Under the pieces are notes generated by a model, which was given only the letters and a program-made list of their open reading frames with translations, was not told the DNA's origin and made no database searches. From Phoronis australis (lineage: Eukaryota > Animalia > Phoronida), in NCBI GenBank assembly GCA_002633005.1, contig NMRA01000999.1, positions 9,810-73,809 on the forward strand: 64,000 bases of DNA. The letters are read 5' to 3'. The translations under genes were made by a program, and so were the position numbers. Positions 13,895 to 27,081 of the stretch are shown in pieces. Each line of letters begins with the position of its first letter. Positions within the stretch are counted from its first letter, which is position 1.

Positions 13895-14901
13895 TAAACA
13901 CCTCAACAAAAGATTGGAAATTTGTGTTCACTCGTCCGTGTGTTCATTACTTTTGGTTTAATCAAATCATATTGCATACCGATGAAAAGCCCAGTCATTA
14001 CCCTTCCAACGATACCACATTCCGTCAATAAATGTTTATTGTGTTTTAAGTTAGCTGCCAAAGAGGGCGCTTGGTCTCAAACTGAATGTTGCAAAGCCAA
14101 GTGTGTTTTCAGGTTTGAGCATTCAACTTTATCAATAGCAATTATCGTGCTGGACAATTTGACAACAATTAAACACTAAAACAACTGACAAATAGAAAGT
14201 AGTGATAGTCTGACTGATGGACAACAGTGATAGTCGTCGCAGTACTGGGTTGGTGACAGAACCATTCGCAAACACCGGCTACGACACACCATCTCCCCAT
14301 GCTGTTTACTAGCCTGGCAACGTGTTGATGTTTGAAGGCATCCCTCTCCTGAGTCGAGCCAGTAAGCGCCTCTTAAATCCGCCACGGTGGTTGTGTTGGT
14401 CACTCGGGCGCATACATGTACGCCCTGTCTGAGTTGGTCCGCCCACAGGTGTTCGACAGGGTTCAAGTCTGAGCTGCATGCGGGCCATTCCATTTGGAGC
14501 CAGAACACCAGATTTTCACACTTGAAGAAAGCTTCAAACTGCATACTCCAAACACAGTTAGCATAATTACGATTCATACTGAGCCTGCTAACAGCAGGAG
14601 TTCCGTGCTATCATTTGGTGTTTACACATCGGTGTTAATCACCAGCACAGTACGTCATTCACAAGCGGTGATACTGCTGCTTGGCAAACACAGGAAAATT
14701 TGCAACGTTCACTTTAAGGCCAAGCCCTCTCTGGCAGCAAAGTTGCTGTGCACAACAAACATTAACAAAATATGATAATATTGGAAAGGGAAATGCCTGA
14801 GCTTTCCATTCATAGGCCTAAGCAACATGATTTAAATAAATCAAAATAATGAAAAAACGGACGAGTGAACACAACTTTCCAATCTTTTGTTGAGGTGCTT
14901 A
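13895..14901 (-). mobile_element. Internally deleted Tc1-family DNA transposon
   Basis: 41-bp TIR core cacctcaacaaaagattggaaa(t/g)ttgtgttcactcgtccgt with 1 mismatch and TA at both ends. Minus-strand remnant WPACSSDLNPVEHLW matches the Tc1 WPxxSPDLNPIExxW catalytic motif. Confidence 0.9.
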
Positions 14902-15020
14902 GGTAGAACATTGCAAAATATGGGTCACCTACTTTTTGGTTTGGAAAAGGTTAGAAAGTTTCTCTTGTGCATCATTTGAGCTGTCGTTGTTGTAAAGAGT
15001 TGCAACATTTAGTACCGTTA

Positions 15021-15335
15021 CATGCGCGCAATCGGGGGGGNNNNNNNNNNNNNNNNNNNNNNNNNNNNNNNNNNNNNNNNNNNNNNNNNNNNNNNNNNNN
15101 NNNNNNNNNNNNNNNNNNNNNNNNNNNNNNNGCAGGGGGGATCAAACGAGCCCCACCATTTGGCAAATTGGGTAAAAGGTCCAACTCAGAGAAAACGAGA
15201 CAAGAGTGCACTACACTAAAAAGGCGCGAATACACAATTCACAGCTCCGAACGTGGTACCCCGTTTTTTATTAGTAAAAGGTCCACATTGTCGAAAATTT
15301 GAGCCAACAAATCTTTTAGGCTGGGCGCGTGCATG
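15021..15335. mobile_element. MITE of the CATGCGCGCACCC family; contains the assembly gap
   Basis: TIR catgcgcgca...gcgtgcatg with flanks cgtta/cgtaa. The interior resembles 20231-20474 and 45097-45356. Confidence 0.8.
15041..15131. other. Assembly gap (91 N) in a poly-G tract
   Basis: N run read directly. Single Ns also occur at 6576, 12239 and 25840. Confidence 0.99.
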
Positions 15336-17422
15336 CGTAATTAGGTCACTTTCCATTTTGTAAGAGTTTATCTTCAGCAAACCACGTTAACCCCCCCGCC
15401 TGGCGAATCAGTACCAAGAGCTTCATTCGAAACGTGTTACACGAATGCTCACCAATTAAAAACAGAGCAACTAATCTAATGAATTCAGATATAGCCATTT
15501 CCCCTAAAACCGCAACTTGAACCGTTTGTCAAGACAGCGATGGATCAGAAGACACCCAGTCAGTGGTGTTGCCGTGCAAAAGCGGTTTCAAACTACACAT
15601 AGCAACTCCCATAAGTCAACAAACACACACACGTGACTATATTGATCTAAAACATTTATTGTAAGAGTTTCTATTGTCACAGTTTGCATGTTTTATGTTT
15701 TTGCCTACGAGCTGATAATTAATATTTGCTGAAGGGGCCTACAGAAACGATCAATGAATCGTCGGAATGTAACTATATCGGTTAAATTTGTCACGGACAG
15801 ATATTATTGTATTCAGAAATGGAAGCCATCTCAGACAAAAGTGGTTTCTTGAGAGAAATCTTATTAAAGTCACATCATAACATATTAAGTGCCTTGGTAC
15901 TAAATTTGCACCTAAAAGAGTATAAACAGGTGTTCAGAAAAGTTAAGCTGAACACGCATCGAAAGCAATTATATCTTATCTAGAAACGTATACCTCAAAA
16001 TATGTTGACATATCAGGTGAGATGCGGCTCCAACTACTTAACTCTAAATATACCACCTATTGTTCTCTGTGGACCACACGGTTAACAGCAATTTCTTATT
16101 ATTGAAATGCATAACCTTTTTCGCAAATATGTGCTGCATTTAGTGAGAACGACCTCTAGCGGTCGTACGAAAGACGAAGTGGGAAGAATGACAAGGAGAA
16201 CACGTAGATTATTAATAAAATAGTGAATTAAGCTTTTGAAAATTTGGGAAATTGGAATATTTAAGTGTGCTATCCGTGTCAATACGAAATGGCAGGATGA
16301 GGTGAACACGATTTGGCATTTATTTAGGTTAAAAATATTCTATTTTCGTATTTTTGGGAGTGTTAGGTGCTCGAAGGAGTTCGGGAAATGAGACTATATT
16401 CGTAAACGTTTTTAAAAACAGCGCTGCAATGACACTGAACATCAGTTGTGGCTACAGAATGGATCACTGTTAAGTAGCTAGATGTGTGTACGTGTTCACC
16501 TGACATCATTCAAGCCCACTGTCGTGTTAGGGCATTATTGGTTTCAACTCTAAAGTGCTGTGGCGTGAGATTAGCATTGGAAGTGATAGTCAATTCTTTT
16601 TAGCATGCCCTTTGACGAAAATCCAGCATCGCAGTCATGCTACAATAGATGCACCACTTGTCTTTGTCGCTTGATGACTTCACAAATATGAATGTCATAA
16701 CCTGAGAGTCATTATCAAAGTAGCCAAGTCTCAAGCGCATGGAGAGAAACGGAGATGTACCGTACTAGATCTTGAATTGTAGTTTTTGTTTCGTTTTGTT
16801 TGTTTGTTCTTTTTTCACGTCTTGTGCACTTTGTTTAAACCAACACGCGTGTTCTTGTGTACTGTAGTGTGTATATTTCTTTTAAAAGGTGTCGGTGGCC
16901 CAATTAAACTGAATAAACCACTACTGTTCTCTGTTGCCTATATATCTAGTTGCTCTGGTAGTTCGAATTTGGCGTGGATTTTGAAATACACTACGTCGTA
17001 TTCTCGGACTTCCGCATAACCGAAACTGCCCCGCTTCATTTCCGCTAAAATAATTGGAACACGTCACACTTCTTCCTGTTGACCCCTAACCACACCGAGT
17101 GTGTGAAGTAGACAACATGTTCCAAGTATCAACACAACTCGGAAAATTGCCCGCATAGTAATTGCCCAAAAGCGGACGAGTAAATATTACGGCCACAACA
17201 ATTGCATGTCAATGAGCGTTTATTGGCTGTATTTTGGAGGTAAATAAGGGGTTAGCCAATTACAATGCACTCGCCAGAGGTTACTGCGCTAGGAAGTCAG
17301 GTTGCGACTCGTTTTTCCAATGCCGTGTTCATTCAGTGAAACAGCGAGGCATAGTTAGACAACATCACAGCCAATATTCCAACCGCTCAATGAAAACAAA
17401 CACGGGAGTTGACCTATTTACA

Positions 17423-17667
17423 GGTGGGCGGATCCAAAGTGTCATGTAGCATAAGCGGACCCATTTTTTGCGAAACTGTGGGTTCAACTAAAGCAACAAG
17501 CTTTTGAAAATAATTATTTTTATGCGAAAAGAAAGTTTATACCACAAATAATGAGTAGAAAACAGGTGGTGTATGGCGGGTCTAGTTTTCTCCGTGGTGT
17601 TCGTTTGGTTTAAGCTGCACTGGAGGGCGGGACGGACCCCTGGGTCTCTCCCCTGGATCCGCTTATC
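17423..17667. mobile_element. MITE of GGCGGATCC type
   Basis: gggcggatcca...tggatccgctt termini with a perfect flanking duplication ttaca/ttaca. Confidence 0.65.
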
Positions 17668-18715
17668 TTACACTTGCCAATGGGAAGCCTGACACCCAAA
17701 GCTAACCGAAACCCACCAACAGATAACGAGAAGGCGACACCTCCATTTCCTGCCAACAGCTGCACGAGCTACCCAAGTTAGCGTCTAATGTGTGTGTGTG
17801 AGGGTTACGCTTATTGTATTTTCATTTTCGTTTTGCCACGGACGTCAAGCAACGCACTTGCCACACGCCAAGTAATTGTCATTTATAAACGTCCAGCTAT
17901 TGAAAACGTCTCAGTAAAATAGCAAGTGTTCGAGTCGTTTTAACCCGCCATGCCGCTCGTGGACGTGACCCAATTCTGAAAAAAAAATCATTCAATGGCA
18001 CCACTGAGAGTTTTCCTCAACCAATCGTAGAATCAAATCATCCAGCCCTGGGGGCAAGTCACCTTTTTCAGGGTAGGGATATACCCTGACTTAGTAGTCA
18101 GAGGCGTATGCCATCCGTAGTTATACTTCATGACTGCACCAAGAGCCCCAAGTCTATTTCTATTGAAAAAGGGATTGAAACTCGAACCATATCACGTGTC
18201 CTTCACCCTTACACAGTTTCTACCATGCAGAGTATCATCAGACCTATATTTACATCGAGCAAAGTTAGTGACCTTTAATGGTCATTTTCTATACCCAATT
18301 AACCTAAACTGATTCCCTTTCAAATTTATATCAAAATGACGGTATTGGGTAAAAACTTTGAGGCACCAAAATCAATTAGAAAATACAAACCCCACCTCAA
18401 CCGTACGATCCCACGATCTCCATTGCAGTTGACTTTCGCTGGGAGACCAAGAGGCTAGATACATATAGTCTACTTGTCACACCATAATGGACACCCTTGT
18501 TCGTGACCTTAAGTTGCGGACGGGCAATCCCACCTTTAAATTTGAATGTATCAAAACTGGCGACCGACATGGAAGGTACAGTACTCTGGCACAGTGGTCA
18601 GTGAGCGGTGACGATAGGAGGGTTAAACAGTATAAGAGCACGCCCAGGAACGCCAGTGTATATCACCCGACATCATGGACGGATACCGAGGAGGTCACAG
18701 GGGTTCGATCCGTAC

Positions 18716-19134
18716 CCGGTTGCATGAAACATCCCCAAATAGGGACTCAGCTATAAATTACCTAAATTTTCTTCGTATTTGTGGACTTGTGAAAACACTG
18801 AATGTCCTTTCTTTTTGGTGTTTTAGTTTCACAACTATTTGGCTTCGATACTAATGGAGAGTAAATTCTAAGTTGAATTTTCAATATTATTGAAAATAAG
18901 TAGGGACCTTTAAATGAAACACCACTATCTTAAGGAGTATGTCCCTATTTATTTTCACGGAACTATGAGCTCAAATTTTAGCTATATTATTAGAAAATGT
19001 AATTAGTCAAAGAGAAGCTCATAATAAAGATCAACTGATTGTAAAAGATTACAGCGGTAAGTAAAGAACCACACAAATAAGCAGATTTAGGGAGCTTAGT
19101 TTAGTCCCTATTTGGGACTGTTTCATGCAACCGG
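18716..19134. mobile_element. ~420-bp MITE with CCGGTTGCATGAAAC TIRs; copies at ~19980-20570, 38262-38674 and 44257-44637
   Basis: ccggttgcatgaaacatccccaaatagggact ... agtccctatttgggactgtttcatgcaaccgg. Confidence 0.85.
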
Positions 19135-20230
19135 ACACTGGACCCTTTCCCTTATAGTCAAAGCTGCAAAAAACTAAGAAAAAATAGAAAATTTCAATTT
19201 TCATTTCTGCAGAGTTCATGTCACAAACTTCGTTTCTTACTTCTTTTTTTGTTTGTGACACAGAATTCACTTCAGAAACTTCTCGTTTTGCTTGGACCTC
19301 CCCTTTTGAAGGTGGACACGCCCACCCACAGCTGGGTACAAGCCTGCGATCTTATTGGCCATGTTCAAGATTACAAAGCATGCGAAACTGTCTCGTAATC
19401 TAGAGATTTTTTTCTGTATCTCGTGGAGGAGCAGGTCATGCATGCGCAGGGACGGGATGATTTTGTCATGGAAACTCAAACTTTTACATCCATAATTTGT
19501 GAGTCCCCCTTCCTTCTCAGAGCGGTTAGTGAGATGAGACTACATGTATTATAGGCGACAGAATTACATGTAAATCTCTCGGCGAATGCTCAAGGGTACG
19601 ACTTTGGAATTAAAATAGTGCACAAAGCTACACTGACAGCCGGAAATGGTGAAGGTCGAGTGCTATAGAGTGTGATATACCAGGTAAAACCCACCTATGA
19701 CTGTCTAGTACTCCCAAACAAACGAGGAACTACATGCACACCATTAGAAATTTTCTTCGGTTTCCAATTACAGGAAGACATATTTGTAACACTAAATTTT
19801 ATGTATGGCTCAAATGTGTGAGAGTTTCAAATAAAACTATATGGAATATTTGGAGTCATACAATTGACGGTTATGTCAGAACACTTCAGAAACACAGGAA
19901 ACCAGCATAAGAAACGTCAACAACATTGAAAGATATGGCGTCACAAAATAATCCATTACCCGAAAGAAATATCTGTTCTCGATTACATGAGTCTCAAAAT
20001 ACAGTAGGAGCTCAACTAAATCTACTGCCCGTTTGTGAAAACACTGATCGTCTTTTCTTATGATGTTTGAGTCTTATAACTAAGGCAACTTTTGACTTTG
20101 ATAATATAGAGATTAAATTCGACGTTGGGTATCTTTTCATGCAACGCCTCTAATTTAAGGACTAAGTCCCTATTTATTTTTGTTGAATTCGGGTTCAATT
20201 GTAGTTATAATATTAGAAAATATCATTAGT

Positions 20231-20474
20231 CATGCGCGCACCCGGGGGGGGAGGGGGACTCGAACGAGCCCCCATTTGGCGAAGTGGCAAAAAGGTCCGC
20301 CCCTGAGAGACAAAAAAAATCCGAGAAAATGGGACAAAAGTCCACTAAATAAGCGCAAACTCGCACTTCACATGGGTGCGTCCGTTTTTTTAGTTCGCCC
20401 GCTCTTTTGTTAGCAAAAGATCCACAGCGTCAGGAATTCGAGACCCCCCACACTGAAGGCTGGGTGCGCGCATG
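20231..20474. mobile_element. CATGCGCGCACCC MITE nested in a CCGGTTGCATGAAAC-family copy
   Basis: Perfect 13-bp TIR catgcgcgcaccc/gggtgcgcgcatg with flanks ttagt/tcagt. The host element sequence resumes on both sides. Confidence 0.85.
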
Positions 20475-20679
20475 TCAGTCCAAATGGAGCTCATAATAAA
20501 GATTACAGTGTACATCTGTCAGTTAAGGAACTCAAGACAAAAGAGTTAGGGAACCTTTCTTAGGACTATTTTAACCACGCAGATCAATCGGATAACATTG
20601 AAATGTCTTTAGTATTTGAAGCTTAGATTATTTGATTGTGTTGAGGGAGGAATTCATTAGATACGTATACGCGCCTAAC

Positions 20680-21444
20680 TGTATTTAGGCCCATACGCAT
20701 TTATCCGGGATAATGTGTTCTTCAAAAGAAATTTCAACTCAATATTTCGCATACAAGCGCTTGGCAGAAATTATTCACGTGACCCAAATATTTACAGGTC
20801 CACCAATTTTCCTTTTTCTCCGCAAATACGTACTTTTATCAAGTTTAAACCGAATCCTTTGCGTAGATATTTGGCCAAATACAAGGGCTTGACGATAAAG
20901 ACGGTTTTAGGGCCAGATGACATAATTTTTATTTTGAGATTAGTGCCAGACGGGATAGACTTCTTCAAGTTTTTGACGTTGGTCAGAGTTATAGGCCTAC
21001 AGCCACAAATGTCCTCGCCTTTGTGTGGTTTAATTACAAATGTCCAATTCTCGTCATTAGCCGTCAGACAAGTTTTTTCTGAAATCTTGGCCGGCGTCTC
21101 TCCGTCACAGTTACATTTAGTATTTTACCGTGTGGGATTAATCTGCTCAGTCGCATAATCACCACCGTAGTGGGGCTTGGGTGCTGATCTCGGAAAGTAT
21201 TTTTCTTGCCAACTGCGTCACTTTTAACAGGAAGTTGATGTTTTTCCAGTCTTCTTGTTGGTGCCAAATTGAAAACACGCCGTTTTCTACAATTTTGCAC
21301 TAAGGATAATTCCAGTTTCCTAAACATGATATTGCAAGGAATTGCTCTTAGGCCTACTCACGGAAGTATTTGGCATTTTGACACATGCGCCTAATTCCCG
21401 ATACAGGCGCGGCTTCACTATATGCACATGGGCCTAAATACGCA
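20680..21444. mobile_element. Putative TIR element of ~770 bp
   Basis: gtatttaggcccat near 20682 is inverted as atgggcctaaatac near 21428, with subterminal cgcctaa/ttaggc motifs. Confidence 0.5.
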
Positions 21445-22548
21445 GATACACAGGTACGATAGAACAGGTTAAACATTGTCTTTTACCTGTGTACAGAGCA
21501 GTGTTTCAATCGCGTTGTTTCACCATTCTCACGATAACAACTTGCAACTTCAATGAGTCATCACCATATCACGTGCGCCGACCGCAGGAATCGCCGGGTC
21601 AGTTTACGGGTTACGATACATTTTTCATGAGAAATCAGATTCGGTTTTAAGGCCGATAATCGATTTTTTTATTATTGTTGGATGAGATAGACTTCTAGGA
21701 GTTATTAGCGTTGACTAGAGCGATACAGCAAAATCCGCTGTAATTAATGTGTTATTTATTACAAGTCGCTAATTCTCGCCATTGTCTCCCAGATATTATC
21801 TGAAATCAAAGTCGGGGACTTTACAGGTTTCATACGCTTAAAAATGCGTACACTCACTTTTTATAGGTCTGCAGAGGCCAGCCGCCGAGTTGGACGGAGA
21901 CCGCGGGGGTACAAAATCAATTCCGTGTTGGGGCTGACCTCATGAAAAAATTTCCTCGCCAATACCATGAATTCATGAACCACGTGAGTTTATTCAACAT
22001 TGCTTATATCCATAATGCGCTATTGGCGATGCTCAGTTTATTTTGGGCGATTGAGATGCGGGCCACAAAGAAAAACTATGCGTGGGAAGATTGCAATCCT
22101 ATTTCAGTTTTAGTTTTACTTTTTACCTGTCACCGACATACGCAGGTCACTTGAGTTGAAAAATAGTGTATCTCTAAATCTACATAGGCTTGCCCGACAC
22201 TAGCGAACCAAAACGGCGATTTTGGGAAAAACTGGTTTCGAAGTACGAGCGTGGATCTCAGCAGTCAGTTACTGTATAATGTGAACGAACCAAGAAGGAG
22301 ACTCTTCACAGCCACCCGTTCTCTGTAAATTTTGTCTTTCCGAGTCACAATTAAACATTTCTTCCGTTTTTGTAAAATTTCCCAAAAATTAATTGTATCG
22401 TGTGGTGTGACACGAAAACAAGTTACATGTATGTGAAGTAGGGCTTAGTTTATTTCAGTGAAGACGTTGTTGGCTAAACTTCAATATGGAGTAAGCGTGA
22501 CTTGATACAACGGGTTGCATGTTTGAGAACTGTAGAACAATCGAAATA

Positions 22549-23013
22549 TGGCAAAATTTGGCAACATTCGGAAAATCATATCTCAGAAAAGGCTCATTGG
22601 ATCTGAAAATTTCAGATACCATGATTTATGCAATGTTCTTTGAAACCGTGCTAAGAATTGTTTTTGAAAACTTTCGCTTTTGCATGAGAAGCTATTAAAA
22701 TAGAACTGTTATGATTTTTATGAAAAAAATCAAAAGTTGCATCAAACGAAAACGAAACGATAATTTAGAAAACTGATACGGTTGTTTTCCTGTGGATATA
22801 ACTATAATTATTTCTTTTTTGTTAAATTTCACTAAAAGACATAGCCACGTGATCCAAACAATATCACATTAGTATTATCAAAAGACTGACATAGTCACGT
22901 GATCCAAACAATATCATCAAAATCAAATTCTACAGGCTTTTACTTTTACTGATTTAAAATTTATAGTTTTGCACACTTTTGGCTAAATACAGCGACCGAC
23001 AAGTCGATAAGAT
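22549..23013. repeat. Second copy of the 10742-11182 repeat, with an internal 29-bp duplication
   Basis: Alignable by eye to 10742-11182; gacatag(c/t)cacgtgatccaaacaatatca occurs at 22838 and 22888. Confidence 0.7.
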
Positions 23014-26000
23014 CCGACCTACCCCACACATACACTGTACTGAAGTGAACGCGTAATCCTAAACACACACATTACAATACATCCATAGGCCCTGTTAGAG
23101 TGCGAAAGGGCGTTCGGATTCATATTCGGGTACTTGAAATCATGCCACTTTCCAAATATAATCCCCTCAGTCTGATCAGAAATTCCCTGTGCTTAGAATG
23201 CAGAAAACTTTGATAACACGATTTTCTTACACGGTACTGCTTGCTACCGTTTCCTATTACAACAGGCGGCGGTACAATGATGTTGGTCATGATAGCCTAA
23301 TTAAGCTTGAAACGACGCATATTTCTGACTAAATATTCATTGCGCCACTCCTTAGTATAGACCGCTAGACATTGCAGAAATGAGGAACTGATAAGCGTAT
23401 TTGGCCACCTTGTAGATTAGGACAAACTGATAAAAAATCTTTTATAAAACGCTGGCGGTCTAATTAGGGTTAGTAGCGTCATCCTCAAAATACGTTGCCA
23501 TGGTGACGAGACGAAAATGTTTTCCTGCTTTTGTATTGGCTGACGTGGACATGATGCACACCAGGTTTAGATCTCACAGTGCGCCATTTGCAGGTGAAAT
23601 TGAGTGGTCGTCTTCCGCTGTGTAAAACGATATAAAATTCGCTTGTTTGGTGTCACGACATTTTGGACCCAGTCAAATAAAGTTAAAAACAGTAATAATA
23701 ACAATAAAGCCATGTTGATGTATTTTGAAAATGTGTTTGACTGTGTGCATTTCTGTTCCTATTTGTGGATCGAAATCGCTTCATAACAGTGGCAGATGGG
23801 TCATCAATAACCATCCGAATATGACTCAAGAAACGCTTCAGTCAAAGTTTAGTGAGGTTGGCCAACCGTAAAAATGCCACTTCGAAAATAGAACATGTGC
23901 ACATTGTCTATGGTTTTAGTTTGTTAACAGGAACTGAGCCCTGTATCACGTTAGGGAATAAAACGAGACCGATTTTATGAATTTAAAAGGCGCAATTCGA
24001 TTGTAGTTCTTTACCCAGCTAAACAGGGTGAAATGCAGTTTTGGATTTCAACAAACGAAATGGTTTTTCTAATCTTCTGATATGAATCGTAATTTTCTAT
24101 AAGATTGCCACGTAACACATTTGATCAGTTTCATAAATTGAAAATTTAAACTATTTTAGTAATCACGTTGTTGTTTTAAGTCTTCCTTTGAGAAGGGGTG
24201 TCTTGTTTACGTTTAGTTCCTTGATTGTTGGGGAAATCAACACGATAAGAAACAGCAGCGTCAAATGTCGTACGCTCAAGACCTAGAAAATGTTACCTAA
24301 GGGGAGACCGGGGCTTGCTCGACCCCATTTTCGAAGACTGAAATCCCTGACAAAATAACTTAGTCAACCTCTTATGAATTCTCAAGAAGTCCTTTTTGGG
24401 ACCGCAATTGATTATTTCACCAAAATTACGAAGATGTAATTTGCATATTTGCATTCGAAGTGCCGAGGTCAATAAGAACGCTGATTTGAGCCACTCATTT
24501 GGTACAACAACCAGCTAGTCAGTTATAACTCGAGATGTAGGCGGATTTTGGGACTTTCAATAAGGAAATAAGACAACATGGGACATTCCCGCGTATTATA
24601 GCCGTACGACATATGTTGATCATACAAAACAATTGAAAACACGCATTTAGACCGTGTGACCCGCGTTCCAAGTAAACCGACTTAGTTAAGAAAAATCTTA
24701 AAATTAAGTCAGCTTTTTAAAGATAAAAGTTCAATTTGTCTTAAGTCCATTCCAATAAAGCGGTCTTAGGTTTGGCCTACGTTTTTTATTTAGTTTACGT
24801 TTTGTCTTAACTTTGACTAGTTACAAGATGTGGAGGTTTTCAAAGTTTGAAAGTTAAGACAAATCGTAGAAATGAACTTATATGTAAGTCAACTGTATCC
24901 GCTTAGTACTTGGATATAGCAGACACATGCTTAGTGTTTCGCTTAACACGACAAATTTACGGGTACGTTTTCAAGCTCGTGCATCCGAACCTATACATGC
25001 ACGTGTAAGTGGTTCGGATCCGATCCATGCTACTTTCACTGAAATTTGAGCTTATGACAAGCAAATTGACAGTCTCGATGTACATGTAGCCCCCTGTCTC
25101 TCCGCGCATGCCTCACGTTTGGGTTTGATTGGAAATTACAATCATGGGTTGTAGCCGAATTTAGCCTGTTTAGATAGCAAAAAGTCGACTTTTTGATCTC
25201 ATAAAACCAGTCTCATGGTATTTCTCGCCACATAGGATTCTGGTTACGAAGGCAAGTCACACGCAATGCATACATGCGACATTTTCGAAATTACATTTCT
25301 TGAGATGGCCATCTCTAATAAACTCGGGTGCGTTTCCCCGAGGGTCATCAATGGTTATTCCGTGGGAGAAAAAAGATATATGTGGCTGGGAAGAGCAGTT
25401 GAAGGCCCAGTCTGGAGTAACATTTCGGGAGCGGCGCCTTATCCGCTGCATCCCGTACTATAGCAGATCGTGGTGTGCAGGACGTGACGCAAGTCAGCAG
25501 TTTGTGACATCGCAGAACAGATAAGACTTTCTTAAAATGGTTCGCTTTATGGGCGGCGTAGCATTGAAAAAAGTGTGGGACTATAGGCCCCCCCGTCCCC
25601 CATGATGCGCCGTCCATGTTTATATGTACATAACTCCACACTTGAAACGGCGATCACTTTTTTCTAGTACGAAAAAACTCCGCACTCAACTAAAACAATT
25701 TTCTATGCTTTAGTCCTGGGCGTTTGTTGCATTAAAAATACCCCGGCCGCCATACAACCCGAGGGTTGTTTATTCATTCTCAACACAACACATGTACTGT
25801 AGTGAGTAAAGCGAACAGATTTTGAAGGAGTCACCCCCCNCCCCCCCCGTCCTCCCAATTAAGTTTTAGTGGGAATCATGTAAAGTCATCTTGAACCAGT
25901 TAAGCCGAGTCTACACAGACTGACACTCGCTGCTATTACTGGCTCAGTACATATACGGGGGACTTTCAACTCAAGGTCCACCAGCAGCCCTCCTGACTCT

Positions 26001-27081
26001 AAATTTGGTCCCTGTTTTTTAACACTCTTATATGAGGTTCGGAAGCCTGAGTTTTAATGACACACACCTGAGGCAGTAAAAACAATTGGTTTCGTGGCGT
26101 CACTGGCTTCAGTCTGGCACCGCACCGCCGGGCCCCGCAGTAAGCCAGTTGCCGACAACCAACTCACCGGAACCTGCCGACCGGGCCTGAGTGAATTCCA
26201 CTCAAACACCGTTGAAAATATTCCGTATCCTGCAGCTAGGGCCGGACCAAACTCCACTACCCGGGCACTGAACTCCAGTCATGCACCCCTGGCTAGTAGG
26301 GACTGGTGTGGTTTGGGTTCCCGGTCGGGTAACGCGGCGGGATTATATAGCGCTGAGAGCCAGCTTCTATGGCGAGTGCGATACTAAAGAGACGGACAAT
26401 GAGATCAAAGTTTATTTCAAGTCGGGTCAAGGTTTAACAAAAGACAATGGAGTTTTAACATAGGGTGTTTAATCTGTGGCTGGAGATAAGAATCGTAGTA
26501 ACGAGGCCAAGAAATAGTTTTGTCCAACGCCTTCCTGGCTGACAGGATCAGGTCGCGCGCGGCCCCGGAGTAGCGTCAGAGCCGGCACTCAGCAGTACGC
26601 GCTGGCTGACTGTGGGCAAACCCTCAGGACAGTGAGCTCGTGACATTCACTATATTTACTGAAGTTGCTGACGCCTTCTAGGTGATCCCGAACATAAGAA
26701 TTCTGCTTTAATATCCAGAAATATCGGCGAACTGTAACTCGGAACAGGCGATCGACTTCGACGAGCTAGCCGCTAAACTCACTCGATCCAGTAATCGACA
26801 TGAACCCAAAGTATGACCTATATACGCACTGCGTATATTTTTATGCCCTGGAAAACGCCATTGTGTCACGATCTCACATTCAAAACAACTCGCGGGATGT
26901 CAAATTAGAGCGACAAGTTTATAGAATAAAGGTTAAGTTTAAAACTTTGACAATTTACCTGGACGTAAGGAAGGCAAATACATTTCGAGAGTCACCTGGA
27001 AAACTTTTCAATTGCCATTTTCCAGCAACTAAAAATTTCCAGCTTGCGACCTACATAACGCGTTTGACCTCTAACCCCTAA

